Origin: Candidatus Heimdallarchaeota archaeon
Lineage (GTDB): Archaea; Asgardarchaeota; Heimdallarchaeia; Hodarchaeales; Hodarchaeaceae
Direction of reading: 5' to 3'
Length of the DNA stretch: 64,000 bases
Assembly: GCA_011364965.1 (NCBI GenBank)
Contig: RDOB01000004.1
Coordinates: 180,369-244,368, forward strand
Under the pieces are notes generated by a model. That model did not search any database, was not told the origin of the DNA, and saw only the letters and a list, made by a program, of their open reading frames with translations. Below are positions 29,171 through 39,250 of this stretch, piece by piece. Both the position numbers and the translations under genes were made by a program. Position 1 is the stretch's first letter, and each line of letters opens with the position of its first letter.

Positions 29171-30361
29171 TTAATCACTATAGAATTGCTTGCAATTAGC
29201 CCAAACTCCTGTATCCCGTAATTCTTCTTTTAATATTTGTAAGTATTGTCTATTTGCTTCCTCCACTAGGGTATGCTGATCAATTTTTTTAGGATCAATA
29301 GGTTGATCTTTTATTTTCGCACTCACTCTAGTATTAAATTTGTCTTTACAGTATTTAATCCATTCTAAGGGAGCATCGTCAGGTAAATCAAAACCAGCGA
29401 CTCCAGCTAATGATGCTAACCAAACACGTGCAACTGAATCTGGATTATAACCCCCCCCACCAAGCATTAATAATTTACCCCTTGCAGAGCAGTTATTCGT
29501 GAGTTCCTTAATTCTTTGGCCAAGATAGTTATATAATTCAGTCGATAAAGCAAGATTCCCAAGAAGATCACGAAAATGACCATCAGCCCCACATTGCCAA
29601 ACAACAAACTGAGGATCAAATTCCTTCCATAAACAGGGTACGATTTCTTCAAATATCTCAATATAGAGTTTATCCCATGTTCCTGGAAATAGAGGAATAT
29701 TAACACTATAGCCTATCCCTTCACCTTCTCCAATCTCGTTGGAGAATCCTGTACCTGGAAAAATAAACTGAGGAGATTCATGAATCGAAATTCCAAGAAC
29801 TCCTCTTTCTCTATAAAACGCATCTAATACTCCATCTCCTGCATGCACATCAGTGTCTATATAGAGGATTCTTTCAATATTATATTCTTGTTGAAGATAT
29901 TTTATCCCAATCACAACATCATTATAGTAACAAAAACCAGCAGCACGTTCTGGAAACGCATGATGAAGTCCAGCCATCATTGAAAAAGCATGATCAACAT
30001 CTCCATCTAAAATTCGTTTTGCTCCTTCTAATGTTCCACCTACAATCAGTTGAGACGATTCATGCATTCTGGGGAAAACGGGGCAGTCTCCTCCTCCTAA
30101 TCCTAATCTCGGACGAGAACCATCTCCAATTATAGACAATGCTTTCATTGCTTCAAGGTATAAGGGAGTATGAAAGCGCAAAATATCAGAATCAGATGCG
30201 GGAGAAGGAATAAACTCTTGAAGATTTGGGAAATCTAAGCTTTTTAGCAGCTTGTAGGGGATTAGTAATCTTCGTGGGTTCATTGGATGCTCATCCCCTA
30301 AATTATATTCTGCGTATTCATCGCTCCAAATAATTCCAGTTTTCACCATTTCTTTTACCAC
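29171..30361 (-). CDS. Zn-dependent histone deacetylase family protein (AcuC/class I-like)
   Basis: HPMNP.R, DCPVF, GLHHA...AAGFCYYND, YIDTDVHAGDGV, QCGAD, GGGGY. Confidence 0.93.
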   Translation of the reverse strand: MVKEMVKTGIIWSDEYAEYNLGDEHPMNPRRLLIPYKLLKSLDFPNLQEFIPSPASDSDILRFHTPLYLEAMKALSIIGDGSRPRLGLGGGDCPVFPRMHESSQLIVGGTLEGAKRILDGDVDHAFSMMAGLHHAFPERAAGFCYYNDVVIGIKYLQQEYNIERILYIDTDVHAGDGVLDAFYRERGVLGISIHESPQFIFPGTGFSNEIGEGEGIGYSVNIPLFPGTWDKLYIEIFEEIVPCLWKEFDPQFVVWQCGADGHFRDLLGNLALSTELYNYLGQRIKELTNNCSARGKLLMLGGGGYNPDSVARVWLASLAGVAGFDLPDDAPLEWIKYCKDKFNTRVSAKIKDQPIDPKKIDQHTLVEEANRQYLQILKEELRDTGVWANCKQFYSD

Positions 30362-30560
30362 TTTAAGATTTAGAAAGCCCGGAGATGTCTTAAGATTCTG
30401 CGAATTCTCTCAATACGGTCCCCGTTAACAGCTTAATATCTGTTCTATTTCGAGAATCAGGAATTAACAAATAATGAGTTAATCTTTTAAATCGCTACAA
30501 TCATAAATATAATTCGAGAATATTCAATACTAGCAATAAAATTAAGGGAATTTCATAATC

Positions 30561-31145
30561 ATGTCGAAAAAGAATGCAAAAATTAGTGTTTTAGGCTTAG
30601 ATAGAGCAGGCAAAACCACTATGTTACAAAGGTTAAAAACTGGCAGATGGATACCTGACACGACTCCTACTATTGGGATGAATGCAGAAACTATTCAGAT
30701 TGGTGATGTGACTTTCTCTGCTTGGGATCTTGGGGGACAACTTCAATTTAGAAGAGCTCTATGGGAGATGTATACTAAAAATTCAGCAGGATTGATCTAT
30801 GTTGTTGATGTGAGCGATGCCAGTCGTTACCCAGAGGCTAGGAATAATTTATGGCGCATGTTACGAATGAATCATCTTAAGGATATACCTCTTGCGATTT
30901 TTGCTAATAAAGTGGATTTAGTTGATTGTACAGAAGAAGATTTAGCTAATTTTATGGGTATTAACAAAAAAATGAGTCGAGTTCTTAATATCTTTAAAAC
31001 AAGTGCTAAAACTGGTGAAGGAATTCGTAAGGGAATATATTGGTTAGCTGACGCGATCGAGGAAGGAAAACAAACGAAGATGGACATGTACCAGACCAAA
31101 TTACTATTTGGTAGGACCTCGACTATTATAGGTCTAGAAATCTAG
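30561..31145 (+). CDS. Arf/Sar-like small GTPase
   Basis: GLDRAGKTT, PTIG.N, WDLGGQ..FR..W..Y, NKVD, TSAKTGEG. Confidence 0.95.
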   Translation: MSKKNAKISVLGLDRAGKTTMLQRLKTGRWIPDTTPTIGMNAETIQIGDVTFSAWDLGGQLQFRRALWEMYTKNSAGLIYVVDVSDASRYPEARNNLWRMLRMNHLKDIPLAIFANKVDLVDCTEEDLANFMGINKKMSRVLNIFKTSAKTGEGIRKGIYWLADAIEEGKQTKMDMYQTKLLFGRTSTIIGLEI

Positions 31146-31901
31146 CTATATCCCAACTTTTATTCTTGTAATGTTGATCGCATGTTCGATCAACTCTTTG
31201 TCTTCTTTATAGAAGTGTTCTTCATCTTTTCGGAGCCATTTTTCAGCTTGGATCGCAAAAGACGCGTTCTTTACTAAATATGCTTTTAATAGTAATTTAG
31301 TTCCTTGAAAAATGAAGCTTTCAGTAATAGATTTAGGAAGCATCCCTGCTAATTCTGCCATCAAATGCGAAGCCTCAAAAACATCATTCCCTAAAAATCT
31401 ACATAAAATCGCGCAGGAATAATTCAATGAAGCGTTAATTAGGAAATTCATCTCTAAATGTTTCTCGCCTGCAGCAAGATAATCTTTGCAGGCATTCTGG
31501 TACTGCTCAGTTATCTCTTTCATGGTCTCTTTTGGAGGATGTGGTTCCTTGGGGACAGCTTCAAGAAACGCAGATCCAAAATCAGAGTTCCGTAGCTCTT
31601 CAAGAATTTCAGAGGTTATATTTTCTTTGTATAAATAAGAATTATCACTGAATGGGGATTTGAGGGGACTCTCAGGAATGGGAGGGCGTACTAATAGATT
31701 TTCAGGAAAGGCAGGGGGCGGAGATGGAAGAACTGGTGGCAAATTTGAATTTTTTTCTGTATTAGTTTCTCCTGTACGAGGAGGGGAAGAGGAGGAGAAA
31801 AAATTAGGTCTACGAAGATCAGATTTTGATATATCGTCAAGAGAGGGAGGAACTGGGAGATTAGAAATTTCCTCTTTCTTTTTCTGTTTTGTTGGGGGCA
31901 T
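31146..31901 (-). CDS. Pro-rich N-terminus + TPR/alpha-SNAP-like helical domain
   Basis: PxxP-rich first about 125 aa; helical C-terminus EQYQ.A...Y...G...A....AILC.F...D...A. Confidence 0.6.
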   Translation of the reverse strand: MPPTKQKKKEEISNLPVPPSLDDISKSDLRRPNFFSSSSPPRTGETNTEKNSNLPPVLPSPPPAFPENLLVRPPIPESPLKSPFSDNSYLYKENITSEILEELRNSDFGSAFLEAVPKEPHPPKETMKEITEQYQNACKDYLAAGEKHLEMNFLINASLNYSCAILCRFLGNDVFEASHLMAELAGMLPKSITESFIFQGTKLLLKAYLVKNASFAIQAEKWLRKDEEHFYKEDKELIEHAINITRIKVGI

Positions 31902-32034
31902 CTTTATCTATCCCTCTAAAAAGAGAAAATGATCCAGCACAGTCAACTAGAATTCATACTCAATGGAGTTTAAAAAGACTTTCAAGTTGATCAATTTTAT
32001 CCCTTATTCTAAAAGGGGATTGATGATGAGCTAG

Positions 32035-32610
32035 ATGGAAGTCGAAATAAAGATCCCTCTCAAAGAGTATTTTCTGACGTACTCAGATGCGGTTTTTTAT
32101 TTTACAGAAACCCTCGGTTCTCCATCAGAAGATCTGTATCAAAAAGATACATATTTTCAAAGCCCTATACATAATTTTTGGCAAACAGATGAAGCTTTTA
32201 GGTTAAGAGAAACCCAAGTTAGCTCAGGGTCAGAAAAAATTGAAATGACTTATAAAGGAGCAAAAATAGGGCAATCAATGAAGATAAGAGAAGAAACCAC
32301 TGTTTTAATCTCAAATGCCAAGGATTTGAAAACAATTCTGCACAAACTTGGTTTTACTTCCCATATTGTGGTTGAGAAGCAGCGGATAAACTGGGTAAGA
32401 GATAATTTCACTCTATCGTTAGATCAAGTGAAGGATCTAGGTATCTTTTTAGAATTAGAAGCCACTATTCCAAAAGAAGAAATAGATGAAAGAATAACAG
32501 ATATCTTTCAGAAAAAAGTTCAAGAAATATTACCTTCATGGAATGGTAATGAAGACCGAAAGTCATATTTAGAACTGTTGATTACCAAAGAAGAGATTGA
32601 TGAAGGATAG
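32035..32610 (+). CDS. CYTH-domain protein (class IV adenylate cyclase-like triphosphatase)
   Basis: MEVEIK, Q.D.YF, EAFRLR, TYKG, LD.V..LG.FLELE, RKSYLEL. Confidence 0.92.
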   Translation: MEVEIKIPLKEYFLTYSDAVFYFTETLGSPSEDLYQKDTYFQSPIHNFWQTDEAFRLRETQVSSGSEKIEMTYKGAKIGQSMKIREETTVLISNAKDLKTILHKLGFTSHIVVEKQRINWVRDNFTLSLDQVKDLGIFLELEATIPKEEIDERITDIFQKKVQEILPSWNGNEDRKSYLELLITKEEIDEG

Positions 32611-33532
32611 AACCCAATTGGTCAACGGATCTATGAATAAAGCATTTGTTGAAAGATGGGAGAAAATATACGGAGTTGAGCAGACAAAATTAATTATTAA
32701 GAGATTAAAAGGATCCGATCCAAAGATAATAACGCCTAATAAGTTGAAAATTAGCTTAATTGAGCTAAAAAATAGATTAATGCCAAGAGGATTTAAGTTC
32801 AAAGCTCTTCCGCAATGGAATTCTTTGATTGTAAGATATGAGCCCTTTAGCATTGTCTCGAGTCTGGAATATTTATCAGGATTATTCAGTATTCAAGCTC
32901 TAACTAGTCTGATTCCGCCACTGGTATTAGCTCCCAAGAGTAATTCTGTCGTTGGGGATCTCTCTGCGGCCCCAGGAATAAAAACTTGTTTACTTGCTCA
33001 AGAAATGGAGAACACAGGGATCTTGATAGCTATAGAGAAATCGAAACACCGACTGTCTGCTTTGAAATCTAATATTACTCGAATGGGGGTACTAAACTCC
33101 ATAATTCTGCATTATGACTCAACCAGATTAAGTAAATTGTCACTAAAATTTGATCACATCTTACTTGATGCCCCTTGTTCTGGAACTGGATTAAAACTAA
33201 GTAAAGATAAACGAATGTCTCCTAAAACAATTAAGGATATAGGAAAACATACTAGGATTCAAAATACATTACTAGAGAACGCATGGATGACCTTAAAAGA
33301 TGAAGGTACCCTTGTATACTCAGTATGTAGCTTAGAGCCAGAGGAGGGAGAAATTCAGGTCGATAAATTCCTAGATCAACATCCAGAAGCTAAAATTCTT
33401 GCTTTACCCATCGAGGAAGGAGAATCTAGAGAAGGATTAGCTGATATTAAACCTGATCTTAGGAATACTCGCAGGTTTTTTCCACAACCAGGTTATGATG
33501 GGTTTTTCCTTGCTTTATTACAGAAGGGCTGA
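32597..33532 (+). CDS. RsmB/Nop2-family RNA m5C methyltransferase
   Basis: D.SAAPG.KT, ILLDAPCSGTG, LVYS.CSL.PEE, DGFFLA. Confidence 0.92.
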   Translation: MMKDRTQLVNGSMNKAFVERWEKIYGVEQTKLIIKRLKGSDPKIITPNKLKISLIELKNRLMPRGFKFKALPQWNSLIVRYEPFSIVSSLEYLSGLFSIQALTSLIPPLVLAPKSNSVVGDLSAAPGIKTCLLAQEMENTGILIAIEKSKHRLSALKSNITRMGVLNSIILHYDSTRLSKLSLKFDHILLDAPCSGTGLKLSKDKRMSPKTIKDIGKHTRIQNTLLENAWMTLKDEGTLVYSVCSLEPEEGEIQVDKFLDQHPEAKILALPIEEGESREGLADIKPDLRNTRRFFPQPGYDGFFLALLQKG

Positions 33533-33535
33533 CCT

Positions 33536-34084
33536 TTGAGGATAGGATTACTTACTAAATTAGAGATTGAGGAGGTAACAAATACTATAAACAAAGTAGC
33601 AGGACTAGAAATAATGGAAAATCTTTTAAGAACAGGAATTTTAGTTAAATTATCCAAACAAAGGCAGGGGGTTTTTTTGCTTGATTCAGGGAAACAGGAA
33701 ATCTGGGAACATCTTAACTCTTTTTTAGAAAAAGGTGAGGGAGAAGCAGTTCATGTGGGATTGAAACTAGGATTCATCATTTCTGGGAAATTTCGGATTG
33801 GAATAGAATCATTGGCTTTTCTAGCTCCATTAATAAGCAGAAAACTGATTTTAGATGAAAATCAAACGCAAAAATATATTTATGGAAGAAATCTCATTCC
33901 ATCAAGTGAAAATCTAAGGAGCCAAGTTATAAAACTGCATCAAGAATATCCAGTAGTTATGGTATTCTCACAAGAAGGCATTCCTATCGGATACGCAAGA
34001 ATAATCTGGAAAAATAGAGTGTTCGTTATTCAGAATCTGGTGGATATCGGAATTTTTCTCCGCTCAGAAAAAAGTGCATTTTAA
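33536..34084 (+). CDS. Nip7-like PUA-domain ribosome biogenesis protein
   Basis: G.KLG, YIYGR.L, V.VF...G.PIGY, N.VDIG.FLR.E; follows Nop2-like gene. Confidence 0.75.
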   Translation: MRIGLLTKLEIEEVTNTINKVAGLEIMENLLRTGILVKLSKQRQGVFLLDSGKQEIWEHLNSFLEKGEGEAVHVGLKLGFIISGKFRIGIESLAFLAPLISRKLILDENQTQKYIYGRNLIPSSENLRSQVIKLHQEYPVVMVFSQEGIPIGYARIIWKNRVFVIQNLVDIGIFLRSEKSAF

Positions 34085-34119
34085 TGCCAGAAAAAGATTA
34101 AAAATTGTAATAGAAATTA

Positions 34120-34493
34120 GGGCATTGCTCCAGAGAGTAATCCAGCTTCTGTTCGCAGTTTAAGGGTTACCCCAGTGACTGTTTCTGACATCAATCTAAG
34201 CGCTGTCTCCATTGTCTAATAAAAGACAATATTCTAGCTTGCATTCACTGAGGATGCTCGTTTCATCGTTCCCTTGTTCGTCCTCTGATGATTAACTCAT
34301 CAACTGTTACCAGTGATTTCACATCGTCATTGCCATATAAACAAGGACGTTTCGTTTCTGTAGCAGGGCCCAACCTCTCGATTGACAACAAGATAAATCG
34401 ATGACGATTTAATTTGTTGTTCAGCTTTAATGAATGGCCGGAATTTCCTCAGGTTCTATAAAGAACCCGTAGTCAGACTTCTGGGACAAGCCC
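34120..34493 (-). ncRNA. rnpB: Archaeal RNase P RNA
   Basis: Minus strand CR-I GAGGAAATTCCGGC pairs with CR-V AACAGAAGCTGGATTAC (P4); CR-II ACAGAAACGAAAC, CR-III GATGAAACG, CR-IV CTTAGATTGATG; P2 TCTGAC/GTCAGA; P1 GGGCTTG...CAATGCCC. Confidence 0.92.
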
Positions 34494-34514
34494 ATGTTTT
34501 TTAGGTTGCTGGAA

Positions 34515-34550
34515 TATTTAAACTTTTTCAGAAGCTATGATTTCTGAAAA
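34515..34550 (-). promoter_or_regulatory. BRE/TATA promoter of RNase P RNA with overlapping 9-bp inverted repeat
   Basis: Minus strand GAAAAAG-TTTAAATA about 30 nt before the P1 5' end; TTTTCAGAA-N8-TTCTGAAAA at 34525-34550. Confidence 0.6.
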
Positions 34551-34992
34551 GCAATCCTTTGAATAGTCAATCAATACAGAATAACTTGTTCTAAACTTTC
34601 CATTGCGTGTCGATTATCACTCTTATTTCAGTCTTATTTGAATAGATGATGATCTTTTCTACAACAGGAAATGAATAGTTTATTCAAAAGTTCGGAACAG
34701 TCCCCAACCTAACTTTATATTGGTAGGACTCATGTTTTGTGGTGTAATTAGCTTAATTGTTATCATTCTCATTATTGATAAAAAACAATGAAGCAATTTT
34801 CCTGAACCAAACTTTAAAGCATCTCATTATGCTTGTTATATTTATAGAAACCTAATTCTGGAGAAAAACTTGTACTATCAATAATTGGTATAATATTAAG
34901 GTTGGATTAGTTATGAATAAGTTGTCTTAAGGTTTTTAATCAAAACTGTTTTCCTCGTATTTGCGTTAAATCGTGTGGAGTCTCTTGTAAAA

Positions 34993-36831
34993 ATGCGAAT
35001 AGTTGTCTTGAATAAGGATAAATGCAAACCTAAAAAGTGTGTCAAAGAATGCAGAGGATCATGTCCTGTGGTGCGCTCAGGTACGGAAATGTTTGAATTT
35101 GAAACCTCTGAGTCCCAACCAATTATCCATGAAAATTTTTGTACGGGTTGTGGTATTTGTCCTAGGATATGTCGATTTCATGCTTTAACTATCATCAATA
35201 CTCCAGAAAGATTGGATCAGGAGTTGACTCATAGCTTTGGGAGGAATAGTTTTCATTTATTCCGTTTACCATTGGTTAAACCAGGCAGTGTAAATGGATT
35301 TGTAGGACAAAACGGCATTGGAAAATCCACCGCTCTTAAAATCCTTTCAGGAGATTTAATCCCGAACTTTGGCGATCATGATGTTCCAGCTTCTTGGAAT
35401 CGTGTTCGAGAATATTATAAAGGCACTGAACTGCAAAATTACTTTCAAAAAATGATGGATGAAGATATTAAATGTGTTAGAAAGCCTCAATATATAGACA
35501 ACATTCCAAGGCTTGTTAAAGGATCAGTGCAGGAAGTTATAACCAAATTTGATGAACGCGGAGTAGCCACTGACCTAAAGGAGGAGCTTGCTCTTACAAA
35601 AATTTGGACACGAAATATCGATGTTTTATCAGGAGGGGAGTTACAAAAAGTAGCTATCGGGGTAGCAATGGCTAGAGAAGCAGATATTTATCTTTTTGAC
35701 GAACCTTCATCTTTCCTAGATATCAACGAGCGTTTACGAACAGGAAAAGCCATTAGGCAACTAATAGAGAATAAAAAAACTGTAATTGTTGTAGAACATG
35801 ATCTTGCGGTTCTTGATTACCTTTCTGATTATGTAACTATGTTTTATGGAGATCCGGGATCGTATGGAATAGTTTCACAAATCTATTCTGAGAAAGAAGG
35901 AATAAATGTGTTCCTAGATGGTTATATTCCTTCTGAAAATATGCGATTCCGAGATTATTCCATTTCTATAGAAAAATCAGCAGCTCGTGAAAAAAGAATT
36001 TCCTCTGACCCCATTCTAGAGTACAATGAATTAACAAAAGTATTTCAGGAAGGGGATTTTTCTCTGAGTGTTCGAAGCGGAGTAATTCATCAGAATGAAA
36101 TCATAGGCATTCTGGGGCCAAATGGTATAGGGAAAACAACCTTTATTAAAATGTTAGCAGGATTGGAACTTCCAACCAAAGGTACCGTTACTCATATAGA
36201 AAAAACTTCGAAAGATGAGACTGAAGAGGTCAAGGAGGAAACTAAAAAGCAGCTAAAAATCGCATATAAACCTCAATATATAGCAATTGATTCTGATTTA
36301 ACAGTGGAAAATTATTTATTGAAGGAAGGAGGAGCGATTACAGCTATTCCTCAATTTAGAAGCGAAATTGTCCGTCCTTTCGGCATTGAAGGATTATTCG
36401 ATCAACCTGTTAATAGATTAAGCGGAGGTGAACTTCAGAAAGTGGCAATAGTTGTAACTTTGGCCAAAGAGGCGGATTTATACTTATTTGATGAACCTTC
36501 AGCTTTCTTATCGATAGAAGACAGACTTAATGCAGCCAAATCCATTAGAAAAACTATTCAAAACAGAAATGCGGCTGCATTTGTTGTTGAACATGATATT
36601 GTAACTCAAGACTATGCAAGTGATCGAATTATAGTCTTTTTGGGAGATCCAGGTAAATTTGGAAGAGCTTATGCCCCCTCTGCCGTACGTACTGGAATGA
36701 ATCGATTCCTTGGAAATATAAAAATCACTTTTCGTCGAGATCCCCGATCTGGTAGACCTCGTGTTAATAAATTAGACTCGAAACTTGATCGTCAACAAAA
36801 AAGTCAGGGCGAATATTACTATGAGAAATAA
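34993..36831 (+). CDS. Ribosome recycling ATPase ABCE1/Rli1
   Basis: N-terminal Fe-S cysteines, two ABC domains (GQNGIGKS, GPNGIGKT, LSGGELQ x2), C-terminal TFRRD...RPR.NK..S.LD..QK..G.YYY. Confidence 0.97.
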   Translation: MRIVVLNKDKCKPKKCVKECRGSCPVVRSGTEMFEFETSESQPIIHENFCTGCGICPRICRFHALTIINTPERLDQELTHSFGRNSFHLFRLPLVKPGSVNGFVGQNGIGKSTALKILSGDLIPNFGDHDVPASWNRVREYYKGTELQNYFQKMMDEDIKCVRKPQYIDNIPRLVKGSVQEVITKFDERGVATDLKEELALTKIWTRNIDVLSGGELQKVAIGVAMAREADIYLFDEPSSFLDINERLRTGKAIRQLIENKKTVIVVEHDLAVLDYLSDYVTMFYGDPGSYGIVSQIYSEKEGINVFLDGYIPSENMRFRDYSISIEKSAAREKRISSDPILEYNELTKVFQEGDFSLSVRSGVIHQNEIIGILGPNGIGKTTFIKMLAGLELPTKGTVTHIEKTSKDETEEVKEETKKQLKIAYKPQYIAIDSDLTVENYLLKEGGAITAIPQFRSEIVRPFGIEGLFDQPVNRLSGGELQKVAIVVTLAKEADLYLFDEPSAFLSIEDRLNAAKSIRKTIQNRNAAAFVVEHDIVTQDYASDRIIVFLGDPGKFGRAYAPSAVRTGMNRFLGNIKITFRRDPRSGRPRVNKLDSKLDRQQKSQGEYYYEK

Positions 36832-37396
36832 GCCCCGTACAAAACCAAAAGTTATAATTTTCCATGCAAACCAATGTGATCGAAGAAAATGCACAGGGAT
36901 AAAACTGTATCATTTCTTTACCCAAGGAAGATTCAAGACTATAAAGTCTCTTCGATTAGTTAAAAATTTTTCTCAAGTTCCCCGTTACTCTTTAATATTA
37001 AACCCTCTTTCCTCAACAATCCTTTCCTATATGGATTTGCCAATTTATAATCAATCAGGTTTAACTGTATTAGATTGTTCGTGGAATCAAGCTGAAACGA
37101 TTTTTGCTAAATCATTTCCCAACATGAGACGATTACCAACCCTAGTGGCCGCTAATCCAGTAAATTATGGAAAAATCGGTAAATTATCCACTATAGAAGC
37201 ACTTTCTGCTTCATTTTGGATTATGAGAGAGAATGATATTGCAAGAGAGATATTGGAGGTATTTAGCTGGGGTGTACAATTTTTTGCCCTTAATATGGAA
37301 TTATTAGAGGAGTATTCAGCTTCTAATACCAGCGATGAAATCTTGATGAGGGAATCTGAATATTTTAATAGAGAAGCAGAAGTCAGATTTGACTAA
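36821..37396 (+). CDS. tsr3: 16S rRNA aminocarboxypropyltransferase Tsr3
   Basis: QCD..KCTG.KL, LDCSW, R.LP.LVAANPVNYG, LST.EA, F.WG..F..LN. Confidence 0.93.
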   Translation: MRNKPRTKPKVIIFHANQCDRRKCTGIKLYHFFTQGRFKTIKSLRLVKNFSQVPRYSLILNPLSSTILSYMDLPIYNQSGLTVLDCSWNQAETIFAKSFPNMRRLPTLVAANPVNYGKIGKLSTIEALSASFWIMRENDIAREILEVFSWGVQFFALNMELLEEYSASNTSDEILMRESEYFNREAEVRFD

Positions 37397-37479
37397 AGAA
37401 ACTATTAAGTTCAATATTCTATTCCCCTCCTGTTAGCCTAATACCTCGAGATAAAGTACATGATTGGAGTAATTTCCTG

Positions 37480-37947
37480 ATGACTGAAGATAAGCTGTTG
37501 AAAGTGACATTACTTGGTGTAAAACAGTCAGTTAAAGGAAATAAGTTTATTTTCATGGGAGAAACCGAAGAATGTCCTTCCTGCCGATTACAAGGAGCTT
37601 GTTTAAAATTAGAAAAAAATCGAGTTTATGAAGTAGCTAGTGTTCGGGATACAATACACTCCTGTGCTGTGTTTGAAGAGGGAGTTAGAACGGTGGAAAT
37701 TTTTGAACCGATGTATATAATCTCCACGGGAGCAAAACTAGCTGTTGAAAGTGCAATATTTACATTTACTCCACGAGAATGTGATTTGATGGATTGTCCT
37801 CATTTTAACCATCATTGTCTTCCACCTTATCTGAAAGAGGGAGAAAAATTCAAAATTATTCAAGTTTTTGATACACAGGTCGAGTGCCAACAGGGATACA
37901 AATTAAAACTAGTAGAAGCTGAACGTACGAACAATAATAATATATAA
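37480..37947 (+). CDS. UPF0179 family protein
   Basis: VTLLG, F.F.G...EC..C.L...C..LE..R.YEV..VR...H.C. Confidence 0.85.
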   Translation: MTEDKLLKVTLLGVKQSVKGNKFIFMGETEECPSCRLQGACLKLEKNRVYEVASVRDTIHSCAVFEEGVRTVEIFEPMYIISTGAKLAVESAIFTFTPRECDLMDCPHFNHHCLPPYLKEGEKFKIIQVFDTQVECQQGYKLKLVEAERTNNNNI

Positions 37948-37965
37948 ACTCTTTGAGGGAATAAT

Positions 37966-38703
37966 ATGCCGATAACAGAAAATGATTGGATTAAGATAAA
38001 TTATACAGGCCGATTAAAAGAGAATAATAAAGTGTTTGATACAACATATGAAGAAGTGGCCCGTGCTGAACAGATTTATGATGAAAAACGAGTATATTCT
38101 CCATTGCTTTGTCGTGCAGGAGATGAAAAATTCCTCATCCCAGGTTTAGCTAAAAAACTTGTGGGGATGGAACTGGAAACACCTCAAACCTTTAACATCC
38201 CAACCTTAGAAGCATATGGAGTAAGGGATAGTCGAAAGATAGAAATGGTTCCCACTAAAAGATTACGTAAGGCAAATATCGATCCACGAATAGGAATGCG
38301 AGTACAAATTTCAGGACGAAGTGGGACCATTATTCAAGTTGGTGGAGGTAGATCCCGAGTTGATTTCAATCACCCCCTCGCAGGGAAAGATCTTATCTTC
38401 GAAGTCACTATTCAAGAGCAAATAGAAGATGTAGCAACAATTCGAAAAGAAATCATATCTAGGAGACTCCCTGGAGTGAACATGGAAGAAGTGAAAATAG
38501 ATGTGTCTGAGGATGAGCAAAAGATCTCTATATTGTTGCCAAACTATTTAATATTCATGGAAGGTCTTGCAATCGCAAAATATTCATTAGCTACAGAACT
38601 GCGTGATCTACTAGATTATAAAATCGTAGAATATATTGATCGTTTTGATTACACAGAAAAGGAAGAACCAGAAAAGAAAGAGATCGCAGAAGAGGAAGAG
38701 TAG
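37966..38703 (+). CDS. Long-type archaeal FKBP peptidyl-prolyl isomerase (SlyD-like)
   Basis: I.YTG, VFDTT, AYG.RD, VDFNHPLAGK.L.FEV. Confidence 0.93.
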   Translation: MPITENDWIKINYTGRLKENNKVFDTTYEEVARAEQIYDEKRVYSPLLCRAGDEKFLIPGLAKKLVGMELETPQTFNIPTLEAYGVRDSRKIEMVPTKRLRKANIDPRIGMRVQISGRSGTIIQVGGGRSRVDFNHPLAGKDLIFEVTIQEQIEDVATIRKEIISRRLPGVNMEEVKIDVSEDEQKISILLPNYLIFMEGLAIAKYSLATELRDLLDYKIVEYIDRFDYTEKEEPEKKEIAEEEE

Positions 38704-38751
38704 GTTAATTAATTTCCTTTTTTTCGTTTAATAATATCAAAATAGGAGAGT

Positions 38752-38775
38752 TTTGAGTCCTTTTTTGGACTCGAA
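38752..38775. terminator. Hairpin between convergent FKBP and rpl24e genes
   Basis: TTTGAGTCC-TTTTTT-GGACTCGAA; T-tract also follows the FKBP stop. Confidence 0.4.
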
Positions 38776-38801
38776 CATTATAGTTGTGAATATTGTGCAG
38801 T

Positions 38802-39005
38802 TCAAGTAACTTTGATTTTAGGTTCGTATTTCTTAGTCCACTTGAATTTTCGGGGATCACGTTTGAAATCAATTAAGGAACGTTTGCATTTACGACTACA
38901 AAGCCTAATTACTTGACCATTTTTCCGTACAAAGGAAAAACCAGTCCCTGGTTCAATATCATGGGCACAGAACGCACATTGGAATATTCTTACCATTGGA
39001 TTCAC
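38802..39005 (-). CDS. rpl24e: 50S ribosomal protein L24e
   Basis: C.FC..DIEPGTG...V..NG.....CS.KC, PRK.KWT. Confidence 0.95.
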   Translation of the reverse strand: MNPMVRIFQCAFCAHDIEPGTGFSFVRKNGQVIRLCSRKCKRSLIDFKRDPRKFKWTKKYEPKIKVT

Positions 39006-39015
39006 CTTTTTATTA

Positions 39016-39231
39016 TTATGGACGCTTCAAGTTTCGAGCTTCTCGCTCTGTTTCTCGGAGCATTAGGACATCACCTTGTCTTATTGGCCCCTTTACATTA
39101 CGAACAATAATTCGTCCTCTATCTCTGCCTTCTAGGACTCGAACTCGAACCTGTGTGATTTCTCCTGTGACACCAGTTCGACCGATGATTTGTAATACTT
39201 CCGATGGTATGGAGATATCTTCCTCACTCAT
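39016..39231 (-). CDS. rps28e: 30S ribosomal protein S28e
   Basis: IIGRTG.TGE.TQVRV, RNVKGP.R.GD.L.L.ETEREAR. Confidence 0.97.
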   Translation of the reverse strand: MSEEDISIPSEVLQIIGRTGVTGEITQVRVRVLEGRDRGRIIVRNVKGPIRQGDVLMLRETEREARNLKRP

Positions 39232-39250
39232 TTAACAATCACCGAAGTCT

